64,000 bases of DNA from Octopus vulgaris (GCA_951406725.2 OX597823.1:111662001-111726000), one strand, 5' to 3'. Counted from the first letter of the stretch, positions 26,046-38,900 are shown. Program-made: numbers and translations. Notes: generated from the letters alone by a model not told the origin.

Positions 26046-26430
26046 GTGGAGGTGCAATGGCCCAGTGGTTAGGGCAGCAGACTCATGGATATAGGATCAT
26101 CGTTTCGATTCCCAGATCAGGCATTGTGAGTGTTTAGTGAGCGAAAACACCTAAAGCTCCTCAAGGCTTTGGCAGGGGTGGTGGCGAACCCTGCTGTACT
26201 CTTTCATCACAACTTTCTCTCACTCTTTTCTTCCTCTTTCTGTTGTACCTCTATTTTAAAAGGGCCAGTCTTGTCAAACACTCTGTATCACGCTGGATCT
26301 CCTTGAGAACAATGTTAAAGGTACACATGTCTGTGGAGTGCTCAGCCACTTGCACGTTAATTTCACAAGCAGGCTGTTCTGTTGATCAGATCAACTGGAA
26401 CCCTCGTCGTTGCAACCGACGGAGTGCCAC
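26046..26430 (+). mobile_element. SINE with family 3 head and a different 3' tail
   Basis: gtggaggtgcaatggcccagtggttagggcagc...gtttcgattcc, shared middle gaaaacacctaaagctcc; tail ends cctcgtcgttgcaaccgacggagtgcca. Confidence 0.75.
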
Positions 26431-26501
26431 ACATGTGTAAGTATGTGTGCATTTGTACATATGACTGTATGTGCATATATATATATATGTGTGTGTGTAT
26501 G

Positions 26502-26733
26502 GAGGTGGCGAGCTGGCAGAAACGTTAGCTCACCGAGCGAAATGCTTAGCGGTATTTCATCTGTCATTACGTTCTGAGTTCAAATTCTGCCGAGGTCGAC
26601 TTTGCCTTTCATCCTTTTGGGGTCGATAAATAAAGTACCAGTTTCGCACTGAGGTTAGTGTAATCGACTTCATCCCTCTGTCTGTCCTTGTTTGTCCCCT
26701 CTATGTTTAGCCCCTTGTGGGCAATAAAGAAAT
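26502..26733 (+). mobile_element. SINE family 2 (long-tail variant)
   Basis: ggtggcgagctggcagaaacgttagc...gagttcaaattc...gcctttcatccttttggggtcgataaataaagtaccag...gccccttgtgggcaataaagaaata. Confidence 0.85.
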
Positions 26734-27119
26734 AATATATATATATGTGTATGTATGACTGTATGTATATATATATGTGTGTATGTATGTGTTTGTATAT
26801 ATATGTATGTGTGTGTATACATATGTATGCGTGTACATGTGTATGCATGTCTCGTTATCTTGACATGGTGTGATAGGTAAACGACTATCATAATTATATG
26901 AGTAGTATCATTTTTTTTCAATCTTCTATAAAAACTTATTCAGCCATGGGAAATATGACCTCGAAAACAAGTGAGGTCTGGTGAAAGAAAGTATATAACT
27001 GTAAAGAATCTGCTTCAACAAATTCTGCCCAACCCATACAAGCATGGTAAAGTGGATGTTAAAACAACGAGTCCTCGGTATTCAAATTAAGTTATCCTAT
27101 CAAACTCATTTCAATAATG

Positions 27120-27540
27120 AGTAGGAATGGCTATTTGGTACGTAGCTTGCTTACCAACCACATGGTTCTTGGTTCAGTCCCACTGCATGGCACCTTGGGC
27201 AAGTGTCTTCTACTATAGCCTCTGGCCGACCAAAGCCTTGTGAGTGGATTTGGTAGATGGAAACTAAAAGAAGCCCGTCATATATTGATATATATATGTA
27301 TATGTATGTGTGTGTGTATATGCTTGTGTGTCTGTGTTTATCCCCCAACATCGCTTGACAACTGATGCTGGTGTGCTTACGCCCCTGTAACTTAGCGGTT
27401 CAGCTAAAGAGACCGATAGAATAAGTACTAGGCTTACGAAGAATAAGTCCTGGGGTCGATTTGCTCGACTAAAAGGTTGTGCTCCAGCATGGCCACAGTC
27501 AAATAACTGAAGCCAGTAAAAGAATAAAAGAATAAAAGAA
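27120..27540 (+). mobile_element. SINE family 1
   Basis: Full head-to-tail match to the family 1 pattern. Confidence 0.85.
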
Positions 27541-27680
27541 TCAATTTATGCTACGCTAATTTTTTCTCTTCTTGTATTCTTTTTTTTCTTTTTTTATGCT
27601 GTCTTTAATAAATCCCAAATTCACAAGCTTTTGGTTTTTACGGCGTTGCATCCACAACAACTCTGTTTATGCTTCTTTAA

Positions 27681-28100
27681 CCCTTTCGATACCAACCCGG
27701 CTAAAACCGGCTCTGGCTCTGTAGTTATAAATGTCTTGCTTTCATAAGTTTTGAATTAAAATCTTCCACCAAACCTTAGTCAAAATTTATGTTCCTAATA
27801 TTAGCTTAATGACAACTAAGTTATTTTCTTAAATTCTTTGTTATATTTAAAATTAATTGAAAGAAACACAGAGAAATCCTCATCATCATCATCATCATTT
27901 AATGTCCGTTTTCCATGCTAGCACGGGTTGGACGGTTCGACCGGGGTCTGGAAAGCCAGGGGCTGCACCAGGCTCCAGTCTGATCTGGCAGGGTTTCTTC
28001 AGCTGGATGCCCTTCCTAACGCCAACCACTCCACGAGTGTAGTGGGTGCTTTTTACGTGCCACCTGCACAGGTGCCAGGGGGGGGGGGGCAAGAAAAGGG
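27681..28100. mobile_element. piggyBac-like MITE carrying a nested (GAT)n-tailed retroelement (27880-28090, minus)
   Basis: TTAA at 27677-27680 and 28101-28104; 27681-27878 is the reverse complement of most of 2255-2473; insert contains ggatgcccttcctaacgccaacc. Confidence 0.8.
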
Positions 28101-28543
28101 TTAAGATATTGTTTATGAGGAATACAGCTAGCTTAACATGGAACATTAATGTAAGGGCTTTGTAGATTGTTTCCTGTTATTTTGGTAGGGTCTTTCGTTT
28201 TGTTTGGGGTTTGTTTGCTGAAGTTTGATTCAAGTTTTTTTTTTTTTCCCAGGTTCAAACTCAGTCTTGTCTTCCTAATGTCCAAATCAAACCATTGTCT
28301 GTTGATGCAGAGGGAAGATTTCGTTCGTTTACATCTTATTGTCTTATGGTGACAGTGACGATATTGTCATCACTAATTATCATGCTGATTGATGAAGATG
28401 CTGGCAAGTGGGATGATGACAAGAATAGTGCTGATGATGAGGGTAATGTTGATGATGATGACGACGACGACGACGATGACGATGATGATGATGATGATGG
28501 TGGTGGGTGGTGGTGGTAGTGGTGATGGTGGTGGTGATGATGG

Positions 28544-28574
<31 letters not shown>

Positions 28575-28632
28575 GATGATGGTGATGGTGATGATGTGTG
28601 GTGGTGATGATGATGATGATGATGATGATGAC

Positions 28633-28669
<37 letters not shown>

Positions 28670-29589
28670 ATGACGATGATGGTGGTGGTGGTGGTGGTGA
28701 TGATGATGACGATGATGGTGATGATGATGTTAGTAGTGATGGTGATTATGGTGATGATGATGATGATGATGACATTGATGGTGGTAGGGGAGATGGTGAT
28801 TTTGGTATTGTTTTGCTTAGTCCAAGGTTGATAATCTTAACTGGGCAGACATTTGATCAGAGACATTCCTCCAGTGGCCATCACAAGAGGTTAAGGGTAT
28901 GCAAGACTCTTATTATCTTACGTATCCTTTTATCATTTAGAATAGTTTTGTAATTTGAGGGAGGTCTGGTTGCAATATCTAGCAACCAAGAAGAACATAC
29001 GGTGGCTGCTTTCTAGATCTATGATAGTGTTGATGGGGAAGAAGGCAGTGTAGGCAGTGATGGTGGTGTTGGTGATGGTAGAGATGTTAGTGATGATGAT
29101 GATGATAATGATGATGAGAAAGACGATGTAGGGAGAGATAAGTTATGATGGTTTTGGTGATGATGGGAAATGATTGATAAACAAATATAAAATAACTAAT
29201 AAAAATATAAAAAACTATTTCAGATAATTATAAAAGAAACCTTAGAAAAATGTTTCAGTACTGAAAGTTAGAAATATACACGCATATAAACATATATACA
29301 TACATATTTGCATGCATACATATATACAAACATACATACACACATACAGATAGGCATATGTGTACATACACAAATAAATATATATGTATGTGCATGCAAA
29401 CATGTGTAAGTTTGTATTCGCATACATGGACACGGGAAAATAAGAATACACATGGCATCATATGTGTGTAAATAGAAAAATATGTAATTTTGTTTACTGT
29501 GTGTGTGTATGTGTGTGTGTATGTGTGTGTGTATGTGTGTGTGTATGTGTGTGTATGTGTGTGTGTGTGTGTGTATGTGTGTGTGTGTG

Positions 29590-30105
29590 TGTGTGTTTCT
29601 TAATAGATACAAATAGATATGTATGTATGTATGTATGTGTTATGTGTGTACAGTGTTAATCTCTGTGTGTGTGTGTGTGTGTGTGTGTGTTTATTAATAG
29701 ACACAAATAGATATGTACGTATGTATGTGTTATGTATGTATGTACATATGTATGTGTTATGTATGTATGTACGTATGTATGTACAGTGTTAATCTATGTG
29801 TGTGTGTGTGTATGTGTGTATGTGTGTGTTTATTAATAGACACAAATATGTATGTATGTATGTATGTGTTATGTATGTATGTATGTACGTATGTATGTAC
29901 AGTGTTAATCTATGTGTGTGTGTGTGTTTATTAATAGACACAGATATGTATGAATGTATGTATGTATGTATGTGTTATGTATGTATGTATGTGTTATGTA
30001 TGTATGTATGTATATATGTATGTATGTACGTATGTATGTATGTACGTATGTATGTATGTATGTACGTATGTGTTTTGTATGTATGTACAGTGTTAATCTG
30101 TGTAC
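29590..30105 (+). repeat. Compound minisatellite (ttaataga(c/t)aca...tgtacagtgttaatct), 4 units
   Basis: gtacagtgttaatct recurs four times between (ATGT)/(GT) tracts. Confidence 0.75.
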
Positions 30106-30405
30106 ATATTGACTATAAATGTTTGAAAATACAGACAGCGATTTTTGTTCGCTTGAAATTTGTTATTTTATCATTTTGCAGAAGTTGATTTGTTGATTCA
30201 ATGAAGTTCTTTGTTGGATTCAATTGATGTCTGATTGCTAAATGTGTAAGGATTGTGTTGAGAGAGGAGACAACTGTGAATGCGCTTGTTTCAGGAGGAG
30301 GCAGGGGGACACAGTGTAGGAAAGGGAGGGAGAAGAAAAGGAAGTGGAGGCTGTGTATAACACCTCCGCCACTGCCACCACCACCACTATTACCATCACC
30401 ATCGC

Positions 30406-30455
<50 letters not shown>

Positions 30456-31054
30456 GCATCATCATCACCATCATCATCACCACCACCATCATCACCATCA
30501 TCATCACCACCACCACCACCACCACCACCACCACCATCATCATCATCACCATCATCATCATAACTATCACCACCACCACCATCATCATCATAACTATCAC
30601 CACCACCACCACCATCATCATCATCAGCATCTTCACCACCACCATCATCATCATCATCACCATCACCATCATCATCATCACCACCACTTTAACATCCACT
30701 TCTCCCTACTTGCATAACACTTAAATAGAGAACACATCTCATGCTACCATTCCTGCTATCGTTATTCTCACTACAAACACTATTAACAATTCAAGAACCA
30801 CCACCAACACCAAAAGAAAAAAAGTGAAGGGCCCACTGCATGGTCATTCAATCTGCTAGAAAGAAAAGCTAATCTACTTCATTTGACACTGATCTTACGA
30901 AAAGTCAAGACACATTGGATTATTTAGTCCGGGGTTTCCTATGCCAGCACACAAAAAAAAAAGAAATTAGGAAGAATGGTTTAGTCATGGTTTTAATGTC
31001 TTTTATTAAATGTTTGCTTGATGAGGACTAAACTTGGATGAAATAACAGTAGCA

Positions 31055-32270
31055 CTATTTAGAGAAACAACAGGGGTCACCTGGATGATCATGGTAGGAA
31101 ACACAGTGATAAAAAACTTATAAGTATATAATATGTACCAGATATGTGGATGTAGAGGCACATGGCTTAGTGGTTAGGATGTCATCACCATGATCGTAAG
31201 ATTGTGGTTTCGATTCCTGGACCAAGCAACGTGTTGTGTTCTTGAGCAATACACTTCATTTCACGTTGCTCCAGTCCACTCAGCTGGCAAAAATGAGTAA
31301 CACTGCAATGGACTGGCGTCCTGTCCAGCTAGAGAACACAAACGCCATAGAAACTGGAAAACTGGGCCCATGAGCCTGGCTAGGCTTTAAAAGGGCACAT
31401 TTATTTTTTTATTAGATATGTGGATGGCATGTTTATCACAATGGAGACATCAGAAGATGTCATGAATTTAAACAGCTTAAAACAACTCTGCACTGAAATT
31501 CACCTTTCAAGACTCCATTTCTAGACATGAAATTTTCAGATAGAAAGCAACAGAAATATGTCTGTTTATACCATGCACTCAAATAAATACATATCTTACA
31601 TACTTACATGGCAACAATAAGTATTCACATAGATATAAGATTTTAGCAGTAAAATACTTAGATAAACATATAATTTCTGTTCACAAACAAAGCACTGGGT
31701 AAAGAAATGTCCAGAATAAAACAGACATTAATCCACAATGGGTATTCTAACAATCTAATAGACCAAGGCATAGAGCAATACAGAGATAAACGCAACTCTA
31801 CATACACAAACCACACATAAAGTGTATTGTAGGAATCAAATGCTTACGGACTGTTGAATAAATGAACATATCAAAATCTTCATAAAACAGATGACAAAAT
31901 AGATTACCCAAACAGTAAACATTAATAGAATGCTACCAAAAATCAAACAAAAAGAACACACTCAAATTAAACACCATCCTATCTATAACAGTCCAAAAGC
32001 AAAGCTGCAAATAAGCTACTAATAACAAATAGGATTTATAAACTTGACTGTGAATGTATAAGTTGTGTACTTCATGACTCCAACTGTTGTATTGCATTGT
32101 ATTGGTGGACATATAAAAGGAAAACTCTCTTGCTGAATCTCTACACATTTATAAGCAATTGCAATGTACTAAACCACACTGTAAACTAAATAGAAAAACG
32201 TTAGTAAATAGCACGTTCATACTATACAGAATTTCTCATAAATAAATAATAATAATAATGAAGGAAATAA
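31055..32270 (+). pseudogene. Old Penelope-like RT remnant interrupted by a SINE
   Basis: RYVDGMFI (from 31414), LPFLDM-like (about 31512), EMSRIKQTLIHNGYSNNLID (about 31704-31763); many frameshifts; outer boundaries approximate. Confidence 0.6.
31153..31413 (+). mobile_element. tRNA-derived SINE family 4 with 13-bp TSD
   Basis: A box tggcttagtggttagg, B box ggtttcgattcc; TSD agatatgtggatg at 31140-31152 and 31414-31426. Confidence 0.88.
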
Positions 32271-32285
32271 TATTCATAATATGTA

Positions 32286-32700
32286 AATCTCCTCAAGGAA
32301 TGTGAAGATGCAGGCTGGAAAGCAGAACATTTTCCAATCGAAGTTGGATGTAGAGGGTTCGTTGGACACAGTGTGAGACGACTGTTGTTATCGTTAGGCC
32401 TAACTCATCGTAAATTCAATACCGCCATGACTGCTATCCAATCTACAGTGGAGAAGGCTAGCCACTGGATTTGGTTAAAAAGAGACAATGAGCGATGGCT
32501 AGAAGAATATTGAGCTTTATTTGATAACCGGTTGATCTAGCAAGCAGGGCCTCATATCAGTGAGGGGGGCCGGTGCACAGTGATGCCATTGAGAGGTAGG
32601 CCCTGAAACGGTGTGCATTCTCTCCTGATGACCCCATACAGTTGCTGGCTTCCGGTATGTGGAGTTTTTAACTGGTAGCACTTGCATGTGCAAGTTATTT
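32286..32700 (+). mobile_element. HERO/NeSL-like RLE retrotransposon 3' end
   Basis: Open frame 32286-32513 without an upstream ATG: LLKECEDAGWKAEHFPIEVGCRGFVGHSVRRLLLSLG...VEKASHWIWLKRD, then a GC-richer 3' UTR. Confidence 0.8.
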
Positions 32701-33409
32701 GCAAGACATTATATTGCAAGAATAGTGACACTGAAAATACATTCCAATATAAGTCTAATGGTCAAACTTTGAATTCTTGTGGTATGGTCCACAGGAATTC
32801 CACTTGGCCTGTCTATTTAAAGTGTTAGTACATATTACATCATTATTTCATCTTGCTGATGAGAGTATGAAATTCTAGAAATGATGATGTATTCAAGGAA
32901 TTTGCAATATTAGAAAGAATTCATAGAAAATTATTGCAACAGCTGAAACATTGTGAAATATTTCTACATTAATAAAACAAATAAAAACTCTTAGACTAGT
33001 GGTTAAGATGTTGGCCTCATAACTGTCAGGTCATAAGTTCAGTCTCTGGACTGGACAGATCATGTCTTTCAGAAAGGCGCTTCAATTTACATTGCTCTAA
33101 TCTACTCATCTGAAAATTTGTACCACTAATGCAGCTCTCATTGCCCCTTGGCTATTATATGCTTGATGTTCTACTACATCAAGTGATAAGAGATGAAAGG
33201 GTCCCTTATGTCTGCTCACAACAACATAGGCACCTAAAACAGCTACTGTGAATGTGGTACATACTACTAGATCACAATTGCTTGCAAGTGACACACAATC
33301 ACACATATATAGTGATGTTTGGCAATATTGCAATTTTGTAGATGTTTTAGTGCATTCATTTAACTTTTCAATGATAAAATGAATCACTTTTATTTTGGAA
33401 AAACTACAA

Positions 33410-33870
33410 AAAATAATTAAGCATGCCTTTATTTCAATAAAATTTTTAGTTTTGTTAAACAAAGTTAAGGCAAAAAAAAAAAACTTTTTGATTAAAAAAA
33501 AGTCTTTCCTTCCTTCATGCCAAGTTTGAAGAAAATATTTCTTTTGCATCTTACATTTTTGATCTCTTAAATATGGTGCATTTTGTGGCATTATTTCAAG
33601 CCAGCAGGCTTTTTTGTGAAAACTGCACGTGCATTTTTCTTGCATACACGTAGTATCGATCACAACAGCTGATATACTTGCGTGTTCAAATGCACATTCC
33701 CACAGCTTTATCGATCGCATTCTCATCTGGAATCGATTTTTGTAATTTTATCAAGACTTATACACGCCCTGATACCGTCGGTATCTACATATCAAATTTG
33801 AGTGCAATCGGATGGAGGATGCCCGAGATCCTAGAAGACACACAGACAAAACGGATTTTATATAATTGAT
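33410..33870 (+). mobile_element. Possible non-autonomous Helitron/Helentron-like element
   Basis: End caaatttgagtgcaatcggatg...gagatcctagaagacacacagacaaaacggattttatataattgat resembles invertebrate Helitron-type 3' regions; CpGs retained. Confidence 0.4.
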
Positions 33871-33914
33871 ATACATGTGTGTGTATGCGTGTTTGTGTGT
33901 GTGTGTTTGTATTA

Positions 33915-34478
33915 TAGCAAATTAGAATAGTTATACAACCATTCAGAATTCATCCAACCCTCTAGAAATATTAATAACAAGGTTATTGTATCTGAAGTCA
34001 ATTCCAATAGAATTAAATTTATGTCAAGTAACTCTAAGATTAAAAATTCTATATACCAGTGTATAATCAGTACTCGTAATAAAGTACGATTTTACATTGG
34101 AAGCACATCGTTAGAGTTATCTAAAAGAATTTCTATCCATTACTCAACATTTAGGGATAGAAATAAACGGAATAGTACCGGAATTTCCTTTATATTTAAC
34201 ATTCACTATCAATATCCCTACTCTTTCTGTTAGCTACTTATGATGTTATATCATATAACGTTTTTTTAAACAATATTAATAGCGTTCTGTCTATCGCTAT
34301 ACAAATCCATCATTTTTTGCTAAAATGTCGTATTGACGAGTTTCGTTTTTTTCACTTTCCATAAGACAAGATTGCATTGTTTATACCATTTATTCTTTTG
34401 AATAGTATCAGTGGAATTTTCGAAACATGTGTCGAAAGTAAAAATACTTGTTTAAACCTTCGTTAACTCCATTTTTTA

Positions 34479-34480
<2 letters not shown>
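33915..34480 (+). pseudogene. Penelope-like GIY-YIG endonuclease remnant with pLTR-like tail
   Basis: ORF 34021..34233: SIYQCIISTRNKVRFYIGSTSLELSKRISIH (GIY-YIG signature); cgaaacatgtgtc at 34421-34433; runs into (TA)n. Confidence 0.75.
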
Positions 34481-34536
<56 letters not shown>

Positions 34537-34563
34537 TATAGATATATAGATATAGATATATAC

Positions 34564-34635
<72 letters not shown>

Positions 34636-35708
34636 TAATATTAGGGAGTATAACTCCAAACGTATGTAGTATTTTTACTTATTATATTATATATTTATCA
34701 TTCATTTTATACTTTTTGAGATCTAGTTATAAGTTATGTATTTTATAAAAATATATATTATTTGTTGTTTATGTATTGGTTTATGTCTATCACTGTTTGA
34801 GTTGCATAATAGTGGTTTTATCTCTAATTTATATTTCATACATATATATATATATGCACACACACTTTTATACACACATACACATACATACATACACACA
34901 CAAACACAAACATACACACATTGGTAGAAAAGTGGTTCTGAAGTGGAGTAGAGTGTGTAATGTCTATTAATGGAGAAAGGTAAAAAAAAAAGGTAAGGAG
35001 GATGTACTAAAGAGAAAAAATTCACTTTCATAAATTTATTTCACTAATTATTTTGCTCTTATAAATGCGTGAAACCTATTACACTCATGTTTTCATATCT
35101 ATTTTCTATTAAATAACCATCAAATTATATTACTCTAGGCGTAGGAGTGGCTGTGTGGTAAGTAGCTTGCTTACCTACCACATGGTTCCGGGTTCAGTCC
35201 CACTGCATGGCACCTTGGGCAAGTGTCTTCTACTATAGCCTTAGTGTTAAATAATGCATTTAACACTTTTGCTTTCACTTGTCATTGGCGTATATTTATA
35301 GAATATGTTGTCTGAATGGTTGCTCACTGCAACCAAAACTTTTCAGAAGCAGTGTACATGTAGTCTGCTTCTCCCCAATTTATTAAACATTTGGAAGCAG
35401 GAAAATGATTGAAATAACTTTCAAACATTTATATAAATATTGAAAATAAATAAATAAATTACTATTCTATGTTTTACACTTTCAGTTATACAAAAGATTG
35501 AAAAAGGAAAGCAGCCTGACAATATATAAGCAAAAATATTTGTAAACGCAATGAAATATTATAAGTTATTGGGACTTGGCTGTTGTCGAAACAGAAAGCC
35601 ATAAAATGTATCACATATTCAATTGTTTTATGCAGAATGCATGATATACTCAATTTTTTTCACATGCAAAAATCATGTGATAATACCATGTCTCCCATTT
35701 CAAATGTA

Positions 35709-36414
35709 GGATCTTTCACTTTGACCGGCATATTTAAAAAATAATTTCTTTGTAAACTAAACACTTTTAAACTTCATATACTGGTAGAATGTGTTACATA
35801 AAACATCTTTTTCTCTTGGCTTTCTTGAGAAAATTCTGTTTTTTGTAAGCTATTTGTTGTTAAATTTCTTGCATTTCAGCAATTTCAACCAATCAATGAC
35901 GTCTATTTAGGTGAATACAATTTCTGCTGTTGTTTGTCAACAAGTTCAACAAGAACTTCTGGCGATGCAGCTGTCACTTATAAACCCATGTGGGTTTATT
36001 TATATTTCTGAAGAAAAAAGAAACTCTTCTCCCCACCCCTAACCCTAATCCTAACCCTAACTCTAACTCAAACCCTAACCCTAACCCTAACCCCACAATC
36101 TTTTATTCATACAAACGTGACTGATATGAAATATGTCATAAATAACAGTAATAAACTAAACAGAGACTGCAGGAAGTTGTTGTTGACAAACAACAGCAGA
36201 AATTGTATTCACCTCAATAGACGTCATTGATTGGTTGAAATTGCCAAAATGCAAGAAATATAACAACAAATAGCTTACAAACTACAAAATTTTCTCAAGA
36301 AAGCCAAGAGAAAAAGATGTTTTATGTAACACATTCTACCAGTATACAAAGTTTAAAAGTGTTTAATTACAAAGAAATTATTTTTTAAACCTGCCGATGA
36401 AAGTGAAAAGATCC
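35709..36414. mobile_element. Long-TIR non-autonomous DNA transposon with 8-bp TSD and internal telomeric repeats
   Basis: TIRs about 235 bp (ggatc...gatcc); TSD caaatgta at 35701-35708 and 36415-36422; (CCCTAA)n at 36037-36093. Confidence 0.9.
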
Positions 36415-36537
36415 CAAATGTACTAAGCATAGAAAAGACTTGGAAGCATAAGTGGTAAATAAAAATGAGGGAGAATTTCAAAAGTAACCAGACACTATAG
36501 CTGCACATAAAAATCATGTCTGTGTGTGCATTTGTAT

Positions 36538-37006
36538 GTAGGCATGGCTATGTGGTATGAATTTGCTTCCGACCACATGGCTCCAGGTTCAGTCCCATTG
36601 CATGGCACTTCAGACAAGTGTTTTCTACTGTAGCTTCAGGCCAGCCAATGTATGTGTCTTTGTGTCTGTGTTTGTCACTCCTTCACCGGTTGAGAAATGG
36701 TATTGGTGTGTTTGTGTCTCACGAAGTAGCAGTTCAGCAAAAGAGACCAACTGAATAAAAAAAATAAGTGCTGGAGTCAATTCATTCGACTAAAATTCTT
36801 TAAGGCTGACTGAAACAAGTAAAGGATATGATAGGCACAGGAGTGGCTGTGTGGTAAGTAGCTTGCTTACCAACCATATGGTTCCGGGTTCAGTCGCACT
36901 GCATGGCACCTTGAGCAAGTGTCTTCTACTATAGCCTCAGGCCGACCAAAGCCTTCTGAGTGGATTTAGTAGACAGAAACTGAAAGAAGCCTGTCGTATA
37001 TATGTG

Positions 37007-37037
<31 letters not shown>

Positions 37038-37783
37038 ATGTGTGTGTGTGTATGTTTGTGTGTCTGTGCTTGCCCCTCCCAACATCGCTCAATAACTGAT
37101 GCTGGTGTGTTTACGTCCCCATAACTTAGCAGTTCATCAATGGAGACCAATAGGATAAGTACTAGGCTTACAAAGAATAAGTCCTGGGTTTGATTTGCTC
37201 GACTAAAGGCAGTGCTCCAGCATGGCCACAGTCAAATGACTGAAACAAATAAAAGAATATCTGTAATACATGTGTATTACAGCATACCAAAATTATTGCA
37301 GTGTAACACAAAGCAACAATTACATTAGTGGAAATGAGTACCTCTGAGGTAGAGGAGGACATCAAAATCTTCAGTTCTTTAAATAAGTAATGTTGCTTAC
37401 CAACCACATGGATCCCAGTTCAGTCCCACTGATTGGCACCTTGGGCAAGTATCTTCTACTATAGCCTCGGGCCGACCAAAGCCTTGTGAGGGGATTTGGT
37501 TGACGGAAACTGAAAGAAGCCCGTCGTATTTTTGTATGTATATATATATATATATATATATGTGTATGTATGTTGTGTATCTGTGTTTGTCCTCCCAACA
37601 TCACTTCACAACCGATGGTGGTGTGTTTACATCCTCGTAACTTAGCGGTTCGACTAAGTGACTGATAGAATAAGTACTAGGCTTACAAAGAATAAGTCCT
37701 GGGGTCAATTTGCTTGACTAATGGCAGTGCTCCAGCATGGCCATAGTCATATGACTGAAACTAAGTAAAAGAGTAAAAAGAGA
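36538..37783 (+). mobile_element. Cluster of three SINE family 1 copies (about 36538-36825, 36833-37258, 37393-37783)
   Basis: Repeated head tggctgtgtggtaagtagcttgcttaccaacca and tail gactgaaac(a/t)a. Confidence 0.8.
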
Positions 37784-37899
37784 GTAATAACTGTATACTA
37801 AAATCATAGTGCAATAGTCTTCAAGATCAGGTAAGAGGATTTCTTTAACAGTGGAGAAAGAGGAATCATTAATATCTAAATATACCTTCTTTCGGGATA

Positions 37900-38640
37900 T
37901 TTTCAAGTATTTTGAATCCTTGTTTTAAGGTGGTTTGCTTCAGAATACTTGTGCTGCTCTTTGATGATTTTTCCTCTGGCTTAAATAAACATTAACGAAG
38001 TGTTTTGGTCAAGTTTGTAATAAACATTTTATAGCATGATGCAATTTTCAATAAAAAACATTTATTCAAGTTTTTCATCTCCAATTTCATTATCTTTTTT
38101 ATATTCTTATCTTGCTGGACTCTTACCAAAACATTTTCCTCTATAGATCCATAAACAAGTTCTTTATCAATGTCCATCCATTCTTCCAGATTTCCTTCTG
38201 TAACATGAGCACACTTAGAATCCATCATATATTTTATATACACTAGTAAATCTTTCACAATTTTCTTATTGAAAATGCTAAATCCTGTGAAGTCACGTTT
38301 TACATCCTCTTCATAAAACATTAACCCTTAGACACAATTTATACCAGCCCCTTTCAATCTGAATTTCTGATTTTCATGTCATACAGTAGTTGCTTATAAC
38401 TAAATCATATTGTTAATGTTAAATTTTATCATGAATATAGTGGAGGATTTCCTGCAGTTAAGAGAAATAAGCAACTGGTGAATAAAGTCAGACCTGAACT
38501 CACATTTGAGAGTGTATAAAATTTCCTGCTTCCATGACTATATTAATGGGATGTAGTTTGAAGTAAGGTACAGGTAAAAAACATCATCTTTTACCAATAA
38601 TTCAGCCTGTAAGTGCCCTGAGCAAATGTCCTTTAGATAT
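37900..38640 (-). pseudogene. Tigger/pogo (DDE_1) transposase remnant
   Basis: CSGHLQAELLVKDDVF then a decayed YLPPN.TSLIQPMDQG-like segment, and downstream EGNLEEWMDID (ORF 37992..38321). Confidence 0.55.
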
Positions 38641-38900
38641 GCTAAGTAATTTATAAAATGGAAAGAATATGGCGGTGCCCCAGCATGGCCACAGCTCGTG
38701 AGCTGAAACTAGATGAAATGAAAAAAAAAAATGAAATGAAAAAATATAAAAAATGATGGTATCAGAGTATGAAAAATACATTACCCATAGGCTGAGCCAC
38801 CTAAAGGCATAAGGCTAGCTTATCTAACTTGCACCAATTTGGCTGAAATTTGAAGGAGTAATTTATTTTAAAATGATTAGGGATTTTAAAAAATTTGTTT

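Noticed and set aside
26046-26120. tRNA-like A/B boxes as true tRNA genes, here and at other SINE heads
   Set aside because: No intact cloverleaf; they continue into SINE bodies, some with TSDs.
32595-32640. GAAAC...CTGATGA in the HERO-like 3' UTR as a permuted hammerhead
   Set aside because: Stem II and stem III cannot be paired in the required geometry.
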